A stretch of DNA of 32,000 bases, taken from Cupriavidus necator. GTDB taxonomy: Bacteria; Pseudomonadota; Gammaproteobacteria; Burkholderiales; Burkholderiaceae. Position numbers and translations under genes: made by a program. The DNA is taken from the NCBI RefSeq assembly GCF_016127575.1, contig NZ_CP066018.1:2580001-2612000 (forward strand). The letters run 5' to 3'. Shown one piece after another: positions 18,794-26,985 of the stretch (positions are counted from its first letter, which is position 1; every line of letters begins with the position of its first letter). The notes under the pieces were generated by a model, which saw only the letters and a list, made by a program, of their open reading frames with translations, searched no databases and was not told the DNA's origin.

Positions 18794-19789
18794 TCAGATC
18801 CAGGGGAGCGGGGCGCTTGCAGGGTCCGCGCCGATGCGCCGGCGCAGGATGCGTTCGAAATGGGTCGGGTCGTGCGGTTGCAGCATGTCGGCCTCGCGCG
18901 GCAGGTAGAAGTCCCACAGTCGCGATACCCAGAAGCGCAGCGCACCCGCGCGCAGCATGTCCTGCCAGTGCGCGGCCTCGGTGGCGGTCAGCGGCCTCAC
19001 GGCATGATAAGCCCGCAGCAGGGCCTGCGTGCGCGCGGGGTCGAGTTCGCCGCTGGCCAGGTCGATGCACCAGTCGTTGACGGTGACTGCCACATCGAAC
19101 AGCCACTTGTCGTTGCCGGCGAAGTAGAAGTCGAAAAAGCCGCCCAGGCGGTGGCGTCCGCTGCCGTCTTCCTCGAACAGCGCGTTGTCGCGGAACAGGT
19201 CGCAGTGGCACGGGCCCGAGCCCAGGCCGGCGTAGTCCGTGCTGGCGAAGAAGGCGGCCTGGTGGGCGATCTCCTGCTGCAGCAGCGCGCGCTGGCCGGC
19301 ATCCAGGAAGGGCAGGATCTCAGGCTCGGTCTGCCGCCACCAGGGCAGGCTGCGCAGGTTGGGCTGCTGGCGCGGATAGTCCTGGCCGGCCAGGTGCATG
19401 CGTGCCAGCATGTCGCCCACTTCAGCGCAGTGCTGCGCGTCGGGCGCCAGTTGCGATGCGCCCGGCAGGCGCGTGACGATGGTGGCGGGCTTGCCCTTGA
19501 GCGGGCGCAGGATCTCGCCGTCGCGTGCCGGGATCGGCGCGGGCACGCGGATGCCGCGCTCGGCCAGGTGCGCCATCAGGTGCAGGTAGTACGGCAGCTG
19601 CGCGAACGTGAGCCGCTCGAAAATGGTCAGCACATACTGGCGCGTCTGGCCATCGTGCTCCGTGGTGAGGAAGAAATTGCTGTTCTCGATGCCCGAGGCG
19701 ATGCCGCGCAGCTCGCGCACTTCGCCAAGGTTGAAATCCAGCAGCCAGCGGGCGATCTCGTCCTGCGAGACCGTGGTGAATACGGCCAT
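18794..19789 (-). CDS. thrB: homoserine kinase, APH/choline-kinase-fold (Pseudomonas-type ThrB)
   Basis: Track ORF trimmed to ATG 19789 ([24 protein letters not shown]). Kinase motif HCDLFRDN. 331 aa. Confidence 0.9.
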   Translation of the reverse strand: MAVFTTVSQDEIARWLLDFNLGEVRELRGIASGIENSNFFLTTEHDGQTRQYVLTIFERLTFAQLPYYLHLMAHLAERGIRVPAPIPARDGEILRPLKGKPATIVTRLPGASQLAPDAQHCAEVGDMLARMHLAGQDYPRQQPNLRSLPWWRQTEPEILPFLDAGQRALLQQEIAHQAAFFASTDYAGLGSGPCHCDLFRDNALFEEDGSGRHRLGGFFDFYFAGNDKWLFDVAVTVNDWCIDLASGELDPARTQALLRAYHAVRPLTATEAAHWQDMLRAGALRFWVSRLWDFYLPREADMLQPHDPTHFERILRRRIGADPASAPLPWI

Positions 19790-19920
19790 ACTCGTTGTGT
19801 GAAGCGAATCGGAAAGCGGCGGGCACCGGTTCCGGACAAAGTCCGGGCCGCCGCCGCGGCATGACACTGCCGGAGGGCCGGCGCGGCCTGGGGCTTACGC
19901 CAGGCCGTGGGCAAGCGAAC

Positions 19921-20355
19921 TCAGAACTTCAGGTTGACCGAAGGCACGCGGTTGACATCGTGCTCGCGGATCTTGGGCGAGCTGTCTTCCGGCTTGCTCA
20001 TCTCGTATTTAGTGCCGAAACCCGACCTGACCTGGATATCGGTGGCCCGTCCCTTGTCGCGGTACTCGCGCACCTGGGTGCCATCGCGTTCATTGAGCTG
20101 GAAGCTCGGCTGGCGCGGCTGGTTCAGTTGCGACTTGGCCGTCGGGGCGATCGGCTGGTTGTTGATCTGGTTCAGCTCCTGCTGCGTCAGCGCATTGCTT
20201 TCCTGCGCGACGGCCCAGCCGGAAGCCAGCGCCAGCGCGGCGGCGGCCACGGCGGCGAGGCTGGACACGGACCGCCTGGCAGGCGATTCAGGCTCGCCGG
20301 CCACGGCGGAAGACCGCGTGGGCCGGACCGAGCGGGCGGTGGAGGGGGAGGTCAT
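19921..20355 (-). CDS. small secreted protein, DUF2782-like
   Basis: Track ORF trimmed to ATG 20355 (GGAG SD). Signal-like segment SLAAVAAAALALASGWAVAQ. The C-terminal half REYRDKGRATDIQVRSGFGTKYEM matches what I recall of DUF2782, which commonly sits between thrB and polA in proteobacteria. Confidence 0.65.
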   Translation of the reverse strand: MTSPSTARSVRPTRSSAVAGEPESPARRSVSSLAAVAAAALALASGWAVAQESNALTQQELNQINNQPIAPTAKSQLNQPRQPSFQLNERDGTQVREYRDKGRATDIQVRSGFGTKYEMSKPEDSSPKIREHDVNRVPSVNLKF

Positions 20356-20461
20356 CAGGTGCTCCTGTGCGGGGCTGCGGCGCAGCTTGCGCGCAACCCC
20401 GCGGCATGCGGCGGTTGGACTGCAACCCGGCGGCGCCGGGCTTGGCAGACGGACAGGTTCC

Positions 20462-20470
20462 ATTCTAGCA
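20462..20470 (-). promoter_or_regulatory. extended -10 element TGCTAGAAT upstream of the DUF2782 gene
   Basis: The reverse complement of 20462-20470 reads TGCTAGAAT (TGn + TAGAAT), about 105 nt upstream of ATG 20355. There is no good -35. Confidence 0.3.
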
Positions 20471-20575
20471 ATTCCTGCCGTGCGCAGGCCGCTGCCGTGC
20501 CCCGGGGGGCACCTGCGCAACGGGCGCCGGGTGCCGGGTACGTGGCTTGGCGCCGCGCGCCCCGGCGTCCATGCC

Positions 20576-21523
20576 TTACAGGTAAAACATCTCTTCCTTG
20601 GGCGGAATCGGCTTGTCGCCGCCGCGCTGCTCGTAGTAGTCGTAGACCGCTTCCAGCACTTCGTGCGGTTCGTCGACGATCTTCATCAGGTCCAGGTCGT
20701 GCTCGGCGATCAGGCCCATCGGCAGCAGCGTGAAGCGGAACCAGTCCAGCAGGCCCTTCCAGAAGCGGCTGCCGAACATGATCACCGGCACCGAGCGCGA
20801 CTTGCCGGTCTGCACCAGCGTCAGCACCTCGGCCAGCTCGTCGAGCGTGCCGAAGCCGCCCGGCATCACGATAAAGGCGTCCGAATTCTTGACGAAGGTG
20901 ACCTTGCGCGTGAAGAAGTGGCGAAAGCGCATGGCAATGTCCTGGTACGGATTGCCCTGCTGCTCGTGCGGCAGTTCGATGTTCAGGCCGACGCTGGCGG
21001 ACTTGCCGGCATGCGCGCCCTTGTTGGCCGCTTCCATGATGCCGGGGCCGCCGCCGGAGATCACGGCAAAGCCGGCGTCCGAAAACAGCCGGGCGATCTC
21101 GATGGTGCGCTGGTAGTACGGCGAATCCTCGCGCAGGCGCGCGCTGCCGTAGATCGACACGGCCGGGCGGATCTCGGAGAGGTACTCGGTGGCCTCGATG
21201 AACTCTGCCATAATCGTGAACATTTGCCACGAGGCGCGCGCCTTCTTTGCGGTAGCGCGGTCTTCGTCGGCCAGCGCACGCAGGCTGGGGATCATCTTGC
21301 GCGGATTGGCGCGCGCGGCCGCAGCAGCGGCCTTTTCAGCAGCAACTTCGGGCGGATTGCCCGCGGCAGCAGCATCGGCCGCCGCGGCGATGGCCGCGGC
21401 GTGCTCGGAAGCAGCCTCCGGCGGGGGTTGTACGGTATCGCCGGAAATGTCGGAAACATCCGGGTCAGCAAGGGGGGCGGTCGAGGCACCGCCTGCAGCG
21501 GCACCAGTCAATTTTGAGTCCAT
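20576..21523 (-). CDS. LOG-family / TIGR00730 Rossmann-fold nucleotide-binding protein (start uncertain: 21523 or 21295)
   Basis: Motifs GGGPGIMEA and PGGFGTLDE. The conserved part begins near ASWQMFTIMAEFIEATEYL. The first 76 codons are Ala/Pro-rich low complexity with atypical codon choice. An alternative start is Met77 (ATG at 21295). Confidence 0.8.
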   Translation of the reverse strand: MDSKLTGAAAGGASTAPLADPDVSDISGDTVQPPPEAASEHAAAIAAAADAAAAGNPPEVAAEKAAAAAARANPRKMIPSLRALADEDRATAKKARASWQMFTIMAEFIEATEYLSEIRPAVSIYGSARLREDSPYYQRTIEIARLFSDAGFAVISGGGPGIMEAANKGAHAGKSASVGLNIELPHEQQGNPYQDIAMRFRHFFTRKVTFVKNSDAFIVMPGGFGTLDELAEVLTLVQTGKSRSVPVIMFGSRFWKGLLDWFRFTLLPMGLIAEHDLDLMKIVDEPHEVLEAVYDYYEQRGGDKPIPPKEEMFYL

Positions 21524-24344
21524 GGGAATGTCGGATAGTCCAAAAACACTCTTGCTCGTCGATGGATCGAGCTATCTGTATCGCGCTTATCACGCTCTGC
21601 CGGACCTGAGGAATGGGGAGGGTCTGCCCACAGGGGCAATCTACGGCATGATCAACATGCTGCGCAAGTTGCGCAACGACTACCCGGCAGAGTATAGCGC
21701 CTGCGTGTTCGACGCCAAGGGCAAGACCTTCCGCGACGACATGTATCCGGCCTACAAGGAACATCGCCCGTCGATGCCGGAAGACCTGGCGCGCCAGATC
21801 GAGCCGATCCATGAGGCCGTGCGCGCCATGGGCTGGCCGATCGTGGTGGTTGATGGCGTGGAGGCCGACGACGTGATCGGCACGCTGTCGCGCCAGGCCA
21901 CGGAGCAGGGCGTGCGCACGGTGGTGTCCACCGGCGACAAGGACCTGGCGCAGCTGGTCAACGACCAGGTCACGCTGGTCAACACCATGAGCGGCGAGGT
22001 GCTCGATCCCCCTGGCGTGGTTGCCAAGTTCGGCGTGCCGCCCGAGCGCATCATCGACTACCTGTCGCTGATCGGTGATGCGGTCGACAACGTGCCGGGC
22101 GTGCCCAAGGTGGGCCCCAAGACCGCGGTCAAATGGCTGGCCGAGCATGGCTCGCTCGACGGCGTGATCGCCGCCGCCCCCGGCATCAAGGGCGTGGTCG
22201 GCGAGAACCTGCGCAATACGCTGGACTGGCTGCCGATGGCGCGCCAGCTGGTCACGGTCAAGACCGACTGCGACCTCTCCGCCGCGGTGGCGGACTTCCA
22301 CGCGCTGCGCGAAACGGGCGAGGACAAGGACAAGCTGGTGGCGTTTTTCTCGCGCTACGGCTTCAAGACCTGGCTGCGCGAAGCGACCGGCGAAAGCCTG
22401 CCCGATGCCCGCGCCCAGGCCCGCGCCCGCGCGGCCGCCGCGCCGGCGCAAGGCGGCCTGTTCGATGTGCCGGCCACGGCCGGCGCAGCCGAGGCACCGG
22501 CAGCGGACCAGGCCGCGCCGACCGAGATCCGCTACGACACGGTCAGCACCGAAGCCCAGCTGGAAGACTGGATGCGGCGCATCGAGGCCGCGCCGCTGGT
22601 GGCCATCGACACCGAGACCACCTCGCTGGACCCGATGCAGGCGCAGCTGGTCGGCATCTCGCTGTCGGTCGAGCCGGGCGTAGCCTGCTATATCCCGGTG
22701 GCGCACCGTGGCCCGGACGTGGCCGGGCTGCCCGACCACGGCCAGCTGTCGCGCGAGTTCGTGCTGGGGCGCATGCGCGCATGGCTGGAAGATGCCAGCC
22801 GCCCGAAGCTGGGCCAGAACCTCAAGTACGACGTCCATGTCTTTGCCAACCATGGCGTGAAGCTGCGCGGCGTGGCGCACGACACCATGCTGCAGAGCTA
22901 CGTGCTGGCCTCGCATCGCAACCATGGCATGGACAGCCTGGCCGAGCGCCTGCTGAGCCTGAAGACCATCACCTATGAAGAGGTGTGCGGCAAGGGCGCC
23001 AGCCAGATCGGCTTCGACCAGATCGACCTGGCGCGCGCCACCGAATACGCTGCCGAAGACGCTGACGTGACCCTGCGCCTGCACCGCAAGATGTTCCCGC
23101 AGGTGGAAGCCGCGGCGGGCCTGCGCCGCGTGTATGAAGAGATCGAGATGCCGGTCTCGGTGGTGCTGCAGAAGGTCGAGCGCAACGGCGTGCTGATCGA
23201 TGCCGAACGCCTGGCCGCGCAGAGCGCCGAGCTGGGCCAGCGCATGCTGGCGCTGGAGCAGGCCGCCTACGAGGCCGCCGGCCAGCCCTTCAACCTGGGC
23301 TCGCCCAAGCAGATCGGCGAGATCCTGTTCAGCCAGATGAAGCTGCCGGTGGTGAAGAAGACCGCCAGCGGCGCGCCCTCGACCGACGAAGAGGTGCTGC
23401 AGAAGCTGGCCGAGGACTACCCGCTGCCCAAGCTTCTGCTGGACTACCGCGGCCTGGCCAAGCTCAAGTCCACCTATACCGACAAGCTGCCCAAGATGGT
23501 CAACCCGCAGACCGGCCGCGTGCACACCAGCTACGGCCAGGCCACCGCGGTGACCGGCCGGCTGGCGTCGACCGAGCCCAACCTGCAGAACATCCCGGTG
23601 CGCACCGAGGAGGGCCGCCGCATCCGCGAAGCCTTTATCGCCGAGCCCGGCAGCGTGATCGTGTCGGCCGACTACTCGCAGATCGAGCTGCGCATCATGG
23701 CCCATATCTCGGGCGACGAGAACCTGCTGCGCGCCTTTGCCAACGGCGAGGACATCCACCGCGCCACGGCCGGCGAGATCTTCGGCGTGGAGCGCGAGGC
23801 CGTCAGCAGCGAGCAGCGCCGCTACGCCAAGGTGATCAACTTCGGCCTGATCTACGGCATGAGCGCGTTCGGCCTGGCCGGCAACCTGGGTATCGAGCGC
23901 GAGGCCGCAAAGCACTACATCGACCGTTATTTCATGCGCTACCCGGGCGTGGCCCACTACATGGAAGAGACCCGGCAGACCGCGCGCGAGCAAGGCTATG
24001 TCGAGACCGTGTTCGGCCGCCGGCTGTGGCTGCCCGACATCAACGGCGGCAGCGGCCCGCGCCGGCAGGCCGCCGAGCGCGCCGCCATCAACGCGCCGAT
24101 GCAGGGCACCGCCGCCGACCTGATCAAGCTGTCGATGATCGCGGTGCAGGGCTGGCTGGAGCGCGACGGGCTGCAGACGCGCCAGATCATGCAGGTGCAC
24201 GATGAACTGGTGCTGGAGGTGCCGGAGCATGAGCTGGAGCTGGTCAAGGTGCGGCTGCCGGAGCTGATGTGCTCGGTGGCGCAGCTGCGCGTGCCGCTGG
24301 TGGCCGAAGTGGGCAGCGGCGCCAACTGGGAAGAAGCGCACTGA
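21522..24344 (+). CDS. polA: DNA polymerase I
   Basis: Starts MGMSDSPKTLLLVDGSSYLYRAYHALPDL (5' nuclease domain); an alternative ATG is at 21528. ExoI motif AIDTETTSLD. Polymerase motifs DYSQIELR, RRYAKVINFGLIYG, QVHDE. The track ORF from 21189 is an upstream read-through, not real. Confidence 0.97.
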   Translation: MGMSDSPKTLLLVDGSSYLYRAYHALPDLRNGEGLPTGAIYGMINMLRKLRNDYPAEYSACVFDAKGKTFRDDMYPAYKEHRPSMPEDLARQIEPIHEAVRAMGWPIVVVDGVEADDVIGTLSRQATEQGVRTVVSTGDKDLAQLVNDQVTLVNTMSGEVLDPPGVVAKFGVPPERIIDYLSLIGDAVDNVPGVPKVGPKTAVKWLAEHGSLDGVIAAAPGIKGVVGENLRNTLDWLPMARQLVTVKTDCDLSAAVADFHALRETGEDKDKLVAFFSRYGFKTWLREATGESLPDARAQARARAAAAPAQGGLFDVPATAGAAEAPAADQAAPTEIRYDTVSTEAQLEDWMRRIEAAPLVAIDTETTSLDPMQAQLVGISLSVEPGVACYIPVAHRGPDVAGLPDHGQLSREFVLGRMRAWLEDASRPKLGQNLKYDVHVFANHGVKLRGVAHDTMLQSYVLASHRNHGMDSLAERLLSLKTITYEEVCGKGASQIGFDQIDLARATEYAAEDADVTLRLHRKMFPQVEAAAGLRRVYEEIEMPVSVVLQKVERNGVLIDAERLAAQSAELGQRMLALEQAAYEAAGQPFNLGSPKQIGEILFSQMKLPVVKKTASGAPSTDEEVLQKLAEDYPLPKLLLDYRGLAKLKSTYTDKLPKMVNPQTGRVHTSYGQATAVTGRLASTEPNLQNIPVRTEEGRRIREAFIAEPGSVIVSADYSQIELRIMAHISGDENLLRAFANGEDIHRATAGEIFGVEREAVSSEQRRYAKVINFGLIYGMSAFGLAGNLGIEREAAKHYIDRYFMRYPGVAHYMEETRQTAREQGYVETVFGRRLWLPDINGGSGPRRQAAERAAINAPMQGTAADLIKLSMIAVQGWLERDGLQTRQIMQVHDELVLEVPEHELELVKVRLPELMCSVAQLRVPLVAEVGSGANWEEAH

Positions 24345-24434
24345 CGAGGCCGCCTGTCAGCCAGCCTGCGCCGCCCATGCGTTGTGGTATCGAATGAAGC
24401 GACTGCCGAGTCAGGCTTACCGGCTTGCCAGTTA

Positions 24435-24449
24435 TGCTGCAATGCAGCA
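24435..24449. promoter_or_regulatory. perfect 15-nt palindrome upstream of ndh (candidate operator)
   Basis: TGCTGCA-A-TGCAGCA, 53 nt upstream of the ndh ATG. Confidence 0.3.
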
Positions 24450-24501
24450 GACTGTGGCAAACGCCTCAGGCAAGAATTTACAAAAACGCATCAGGTAGAC
24501 C

Positions 24502-25827
24502 ATGACAGAAACAAGGACGCCTCGCATCGTTGTCGTCGGTGGGGGAGCAGGGGGGCTGGAACTGGTAACGAAGCTGGGCGACAAGCTCGGCCGCAAGGGG
24601 CAGGCGCAGGTGGTGCTGGTGGACCGCCTGCCCACCCACATCTGGAAGCCGCTGCTGCATGAAGTGGCAGCCGGCAGCATGGACCCCAACACGCACCAGC
24701 TGGAATACGCGGCGCAGGCGCGCTGGCATCACTTCGAGTTCCAGCTGGGCGAGCTGACCGGCATCGACCGCATCCGCAAGACCATCTCGGTGTCGGCCAG
24801 CTTCGACGAGGACGGCGCCGAACTGCTGCCGGCGCGCGAGCTGCCCTATGACACGCTGGTGCTGGCGATCGGCTGCGTCACGCATTTCTTCGGCGTGCCC
24901 GGCGCGGCCGAGAATGCCATCGCACTGGACGTCGTGGCGCAGGCCGAGCGCTTCCGCAAGCGCCTGATCGCGGCCTGCGTGCGGGCCCAGAACTGGCGCG
25001 GGCGCGTGGGCGCGGACGGCCGGCCGCGCGTTGACGTGGCCATCATTGGCGCGGGCGCCACCGGCGTGGAGCTGTCGGCCGAACTGCGCAACACCGCGCA
25101 CGTGCTCAGCGCCTACGGCCTGCACCAGCTTGATCCGCGCCGCGATGTGCATATCCACGTGATCGAGGCCGGCCCGCGCATCCTGCCGGCGCTGTCCGAG
25201 CGGGTCTCGGTCGAGACCGCCAAGCTGCTGAAGAAGCTCGACGTCGATGTCCTGACCAGCGAGCGCGTGACCGAGGTCACGCCGCAGGCGGTGCTGACCG
25301 CCAGCGGCAAGCATATCGATGCCGACCTGACAGTATGGGCGGCGGGCATCACCGCGCCGCCGGTGCTGGCCACACTGGGGCTGCCGGTCAGCCGCCAGGG
25401 CCAGATCGTGGTCGGCCCGACGCTGCAGAGCGAGGGCGACCCGGACATCTTCGCCTTCGGCGACTGCGCCAGCTGCCCGTGGGCCGAGAAGCAGACCACG
25501 GTGCCGCCGCGCGCACAGGCCGCGCACCAGCAGGCCACCTTCCTCTACAGCGCGCTGCGCGCGCGGCTGGACGGGCGCCCGCTGCCGTCGTTCGCCTTCA
25601 AGGATCTCGGCTCGCTGGTGTCGCTGGGGCATTTCAGCGCAGTGGGCAGCCTGATGGGCGGGCTGATCGGCGGCTCGATGTTCATCGAAGGGCTGATGGC
25701 GCGCGTCATGTACACGTCGCTGTACCGGATGCATGTGATGGCGTTGCACGGCGCCGTGGGCATGGCGCTGGACACGGTTTCGCACTGGCTGCGCCGCAAG
25801 ACCAGCCCGCGCGTCAAGCTGCACTGA
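24502..25827 (+). CDS. ndh: type II NADH dehydrogenase (NDH-2) family FAD-dependent oxidoreductase
   Basis: 441 aa. Two dinucleotide folds, IVVVGGGAGGLE and AIIGAGATGVE. C-terminal membrane-anchoring segment. Confidence 0.9.
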   Translation: MTETRTPRIVVVGGGAGGLELVTKLGDKLGRKGQAQVVLVDRLPTHIWKPLLHEVAAGSMDPNTHQLEYAAQARWHHFEFQLGELTGIDRIRKTISVSASFDEDGAELLPARELPYDTLVLAIGCVTHFFGVPGAAENAIALDVVAQAERFRKRLIAACVRAQNWRGRVGADGRPRVDVAIIGAGATGVELSAELRNTAHVLSAYGLHQLDPRRDVHIHVIEAGPRILPALSERVSVETAKLLKKLDVDVLTSERVTEVTPQAVLTASGKHIDADLTVWAAGITAPPVLATLGLPVSRQGQIVVGPTLQSEGDPDIFAFGDCASCPWAEKQTTVPPRAQAAHQQATFLYSALRARLDGRPLPSFAFKDLGSLVSLGHFSAVGSLMGGLIGGSMFIEGLMARVMYTSLYRMHVMALHGAVGMALDTVSHWLRRKTSPRVKLH

Positions 25828-25985
25828 CGCGCGCCGGGCCGGGGCTTCCCGCGCTGCACCATGCCGCGCGGGCCGGTGGCGTGCGGGGGTGGCTGCAAGG
25901 CCGCCCCATGTTTTCTCCATGTCTGCTTAAAATCTGCCGCTGGCGCCGCATCCCGGCCCAGCCACCAACGATCCTGGAGACACGC

Positions 25986-26864
25986 ATGCTCAAACCGGAA
26001 GTGGATAGCCTCGTCCCCGGCCAGACGTTCGACCGCCGCGGCTTTGTCAAGACGGCGCTGGGTTCCGCCTTTGCGGCGGCCGCGCTGCCGGTGATGGCCC
26101 AGCAGGCCATCAAGACCGACTTTGCCGGCCTGAGCGCCGGCGAGGTCACCATCCCCTCGGGCGGCTTCAGCATGCCGGCCTACCGCGCCCAGCCCGAAGG
26201 CAAGAAGAACCTGCCGGTGGTGCTGGTGGTCAGCGAGATCTTCGGCGTGCACGAGCATATCGCCGACGTGTGCCGGCGCTTTGCCAAGCTGGGCTACCTG
26301 GCGATCGGGCCGGAACTGTTCGCGCGCCAGGGCGATCCGCAGAGCTTCGGCACCATCCAGGAGCTGCAGCGCGAGGTGATTGCCAAGGTGCCTGACGCGC
26401 AGGTGATGGGCGACCTGGACGCCGCGGTGGCCTGGGCCGGTGCCAACGGCGGCGACGTGTCGCGCCTGGCCATCACCGGCTTCTGCTGGGGCGGGCGCAT
26501 GACCTGGCTCTATGCAGCGCACAGCAAGCGCCTGAAGGCCGGCGTGGCCTGGTATGGCCAGCTGGCGCCCGAGCCGACCCCGCTCAAGCCGAAGAATCCC
26601 ATCGACCTGGTCGGCCAGCTCCATGCCCCGGTACTCGGCCTGTATGGCGGCAAGGACACCGGCATCCCGCAGGAGCAGGTGGAGAGGATGAAGTCCGCGC
26701 TGGCGGCGTCGTCCGACCCGGACGCCAAGGCCTCGCGCTTTATCGTCTACCCCGAGTCCGGCCATGCCTTCCATGCCGATTACCGGCCCAGCTACCGTGA
26801 AGCCGATGCCAGGGATGGCTGGCAGAAGTGCCTGGACTGGTTCAGGCAGCACGGCGTGTCCTGA
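25986..26864 (+). CDS. dienelactone hydrolase family protein with a twin-arginine signal peptide
   Basis: Track ORF 25335..26864 trimmed to ATG 25986 (GGAGA SD). Tat motif DRRGFVKTALGSAFAAAALPVMAQQ. Nucleophile elbow GFCWGG. C-terminal HAFH. Confidence 0.85.
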   Translation: MLKPEVDSLVPGQTFDRRGFVKTALGSAFAAAALPVMAQQAIKTDFAGLSAGEVTIPSGGFSMPAYRAQPEGKKNLPVVLVVSEIFGVHEHIADVCRRFAKLGYLAIGPELFARQGDPQSFGTIQELQREVIAKVPDAQVMGDLDAAVAWAGANGGDVSRLAITGFCWGGRMTWLYAAHSKRLKAGVAWYGQLAPEPTPLKPKNPIDLVGQLHAPVLGLYGGKDTGIPQEQVERMKSALAASSDPDAKASRFIVYPESGHAFHADYRPSYREADARDGWQKCLDWFRQHGVS

Positions 26865-26910
26865 TCCGGCCGTCCCGGCGCCGCGAGGCGCCTCTCGCCC
26901 GACAGCAGGA

Positions 26911-26938
26911 TTGCAAAGTCCCGGCGGATACGTACAAT
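26911..26938 (+). promoter_or_regulatory. sigma70-like promoter for the ZIP transporter gene
   Basis: TTGCAA (26911-26916), a 16-nt spacer, then TACAAT (26933-26938). Confidence 0.5.
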
Positions 26939-26955
26939 GCGGCCTTTGAGTTATT

Positions 26956-26968
26956 GCAACATTGTTGC
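26956..26968. promoter_or_regulatory. palindrome GCAAC-ATT-GTTGC just downstream of the promoter (candidate metalloregulator / Zur-type operator)
   Basis: Perfect 5-3-5 inverted repeat, 18 nt downstream of the -10 box and 18 nt upstream of ATG 26986. Confidence 0.35.
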
Positions 26969-26985
26969 GTTAGCCGCCCGGCGCG

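Noticed and set aside
21189-21521. 111-codon N-terminal extension of polA implied by the track ORF 21189..24344
   Set aside because: PolA homologues begin within about 10 residues of the LLLVDGSSYLYRAYHA 5'-nuclease motif. The upstream stretch is Ala-rich read-through of the divergent region and overlaps the LOG gene.
22403-22520. GC-rich GCC/CGC-type low-complexity stretch inside polA
   Set aside because: It encodes the Ala/Arg/Pro-rich linker (ARAQARARAAAAPAQ...) between the 5'-nuclease and 3'-5' exonuclease domains. The frame is intact, with no sign of an insertion or slippage.
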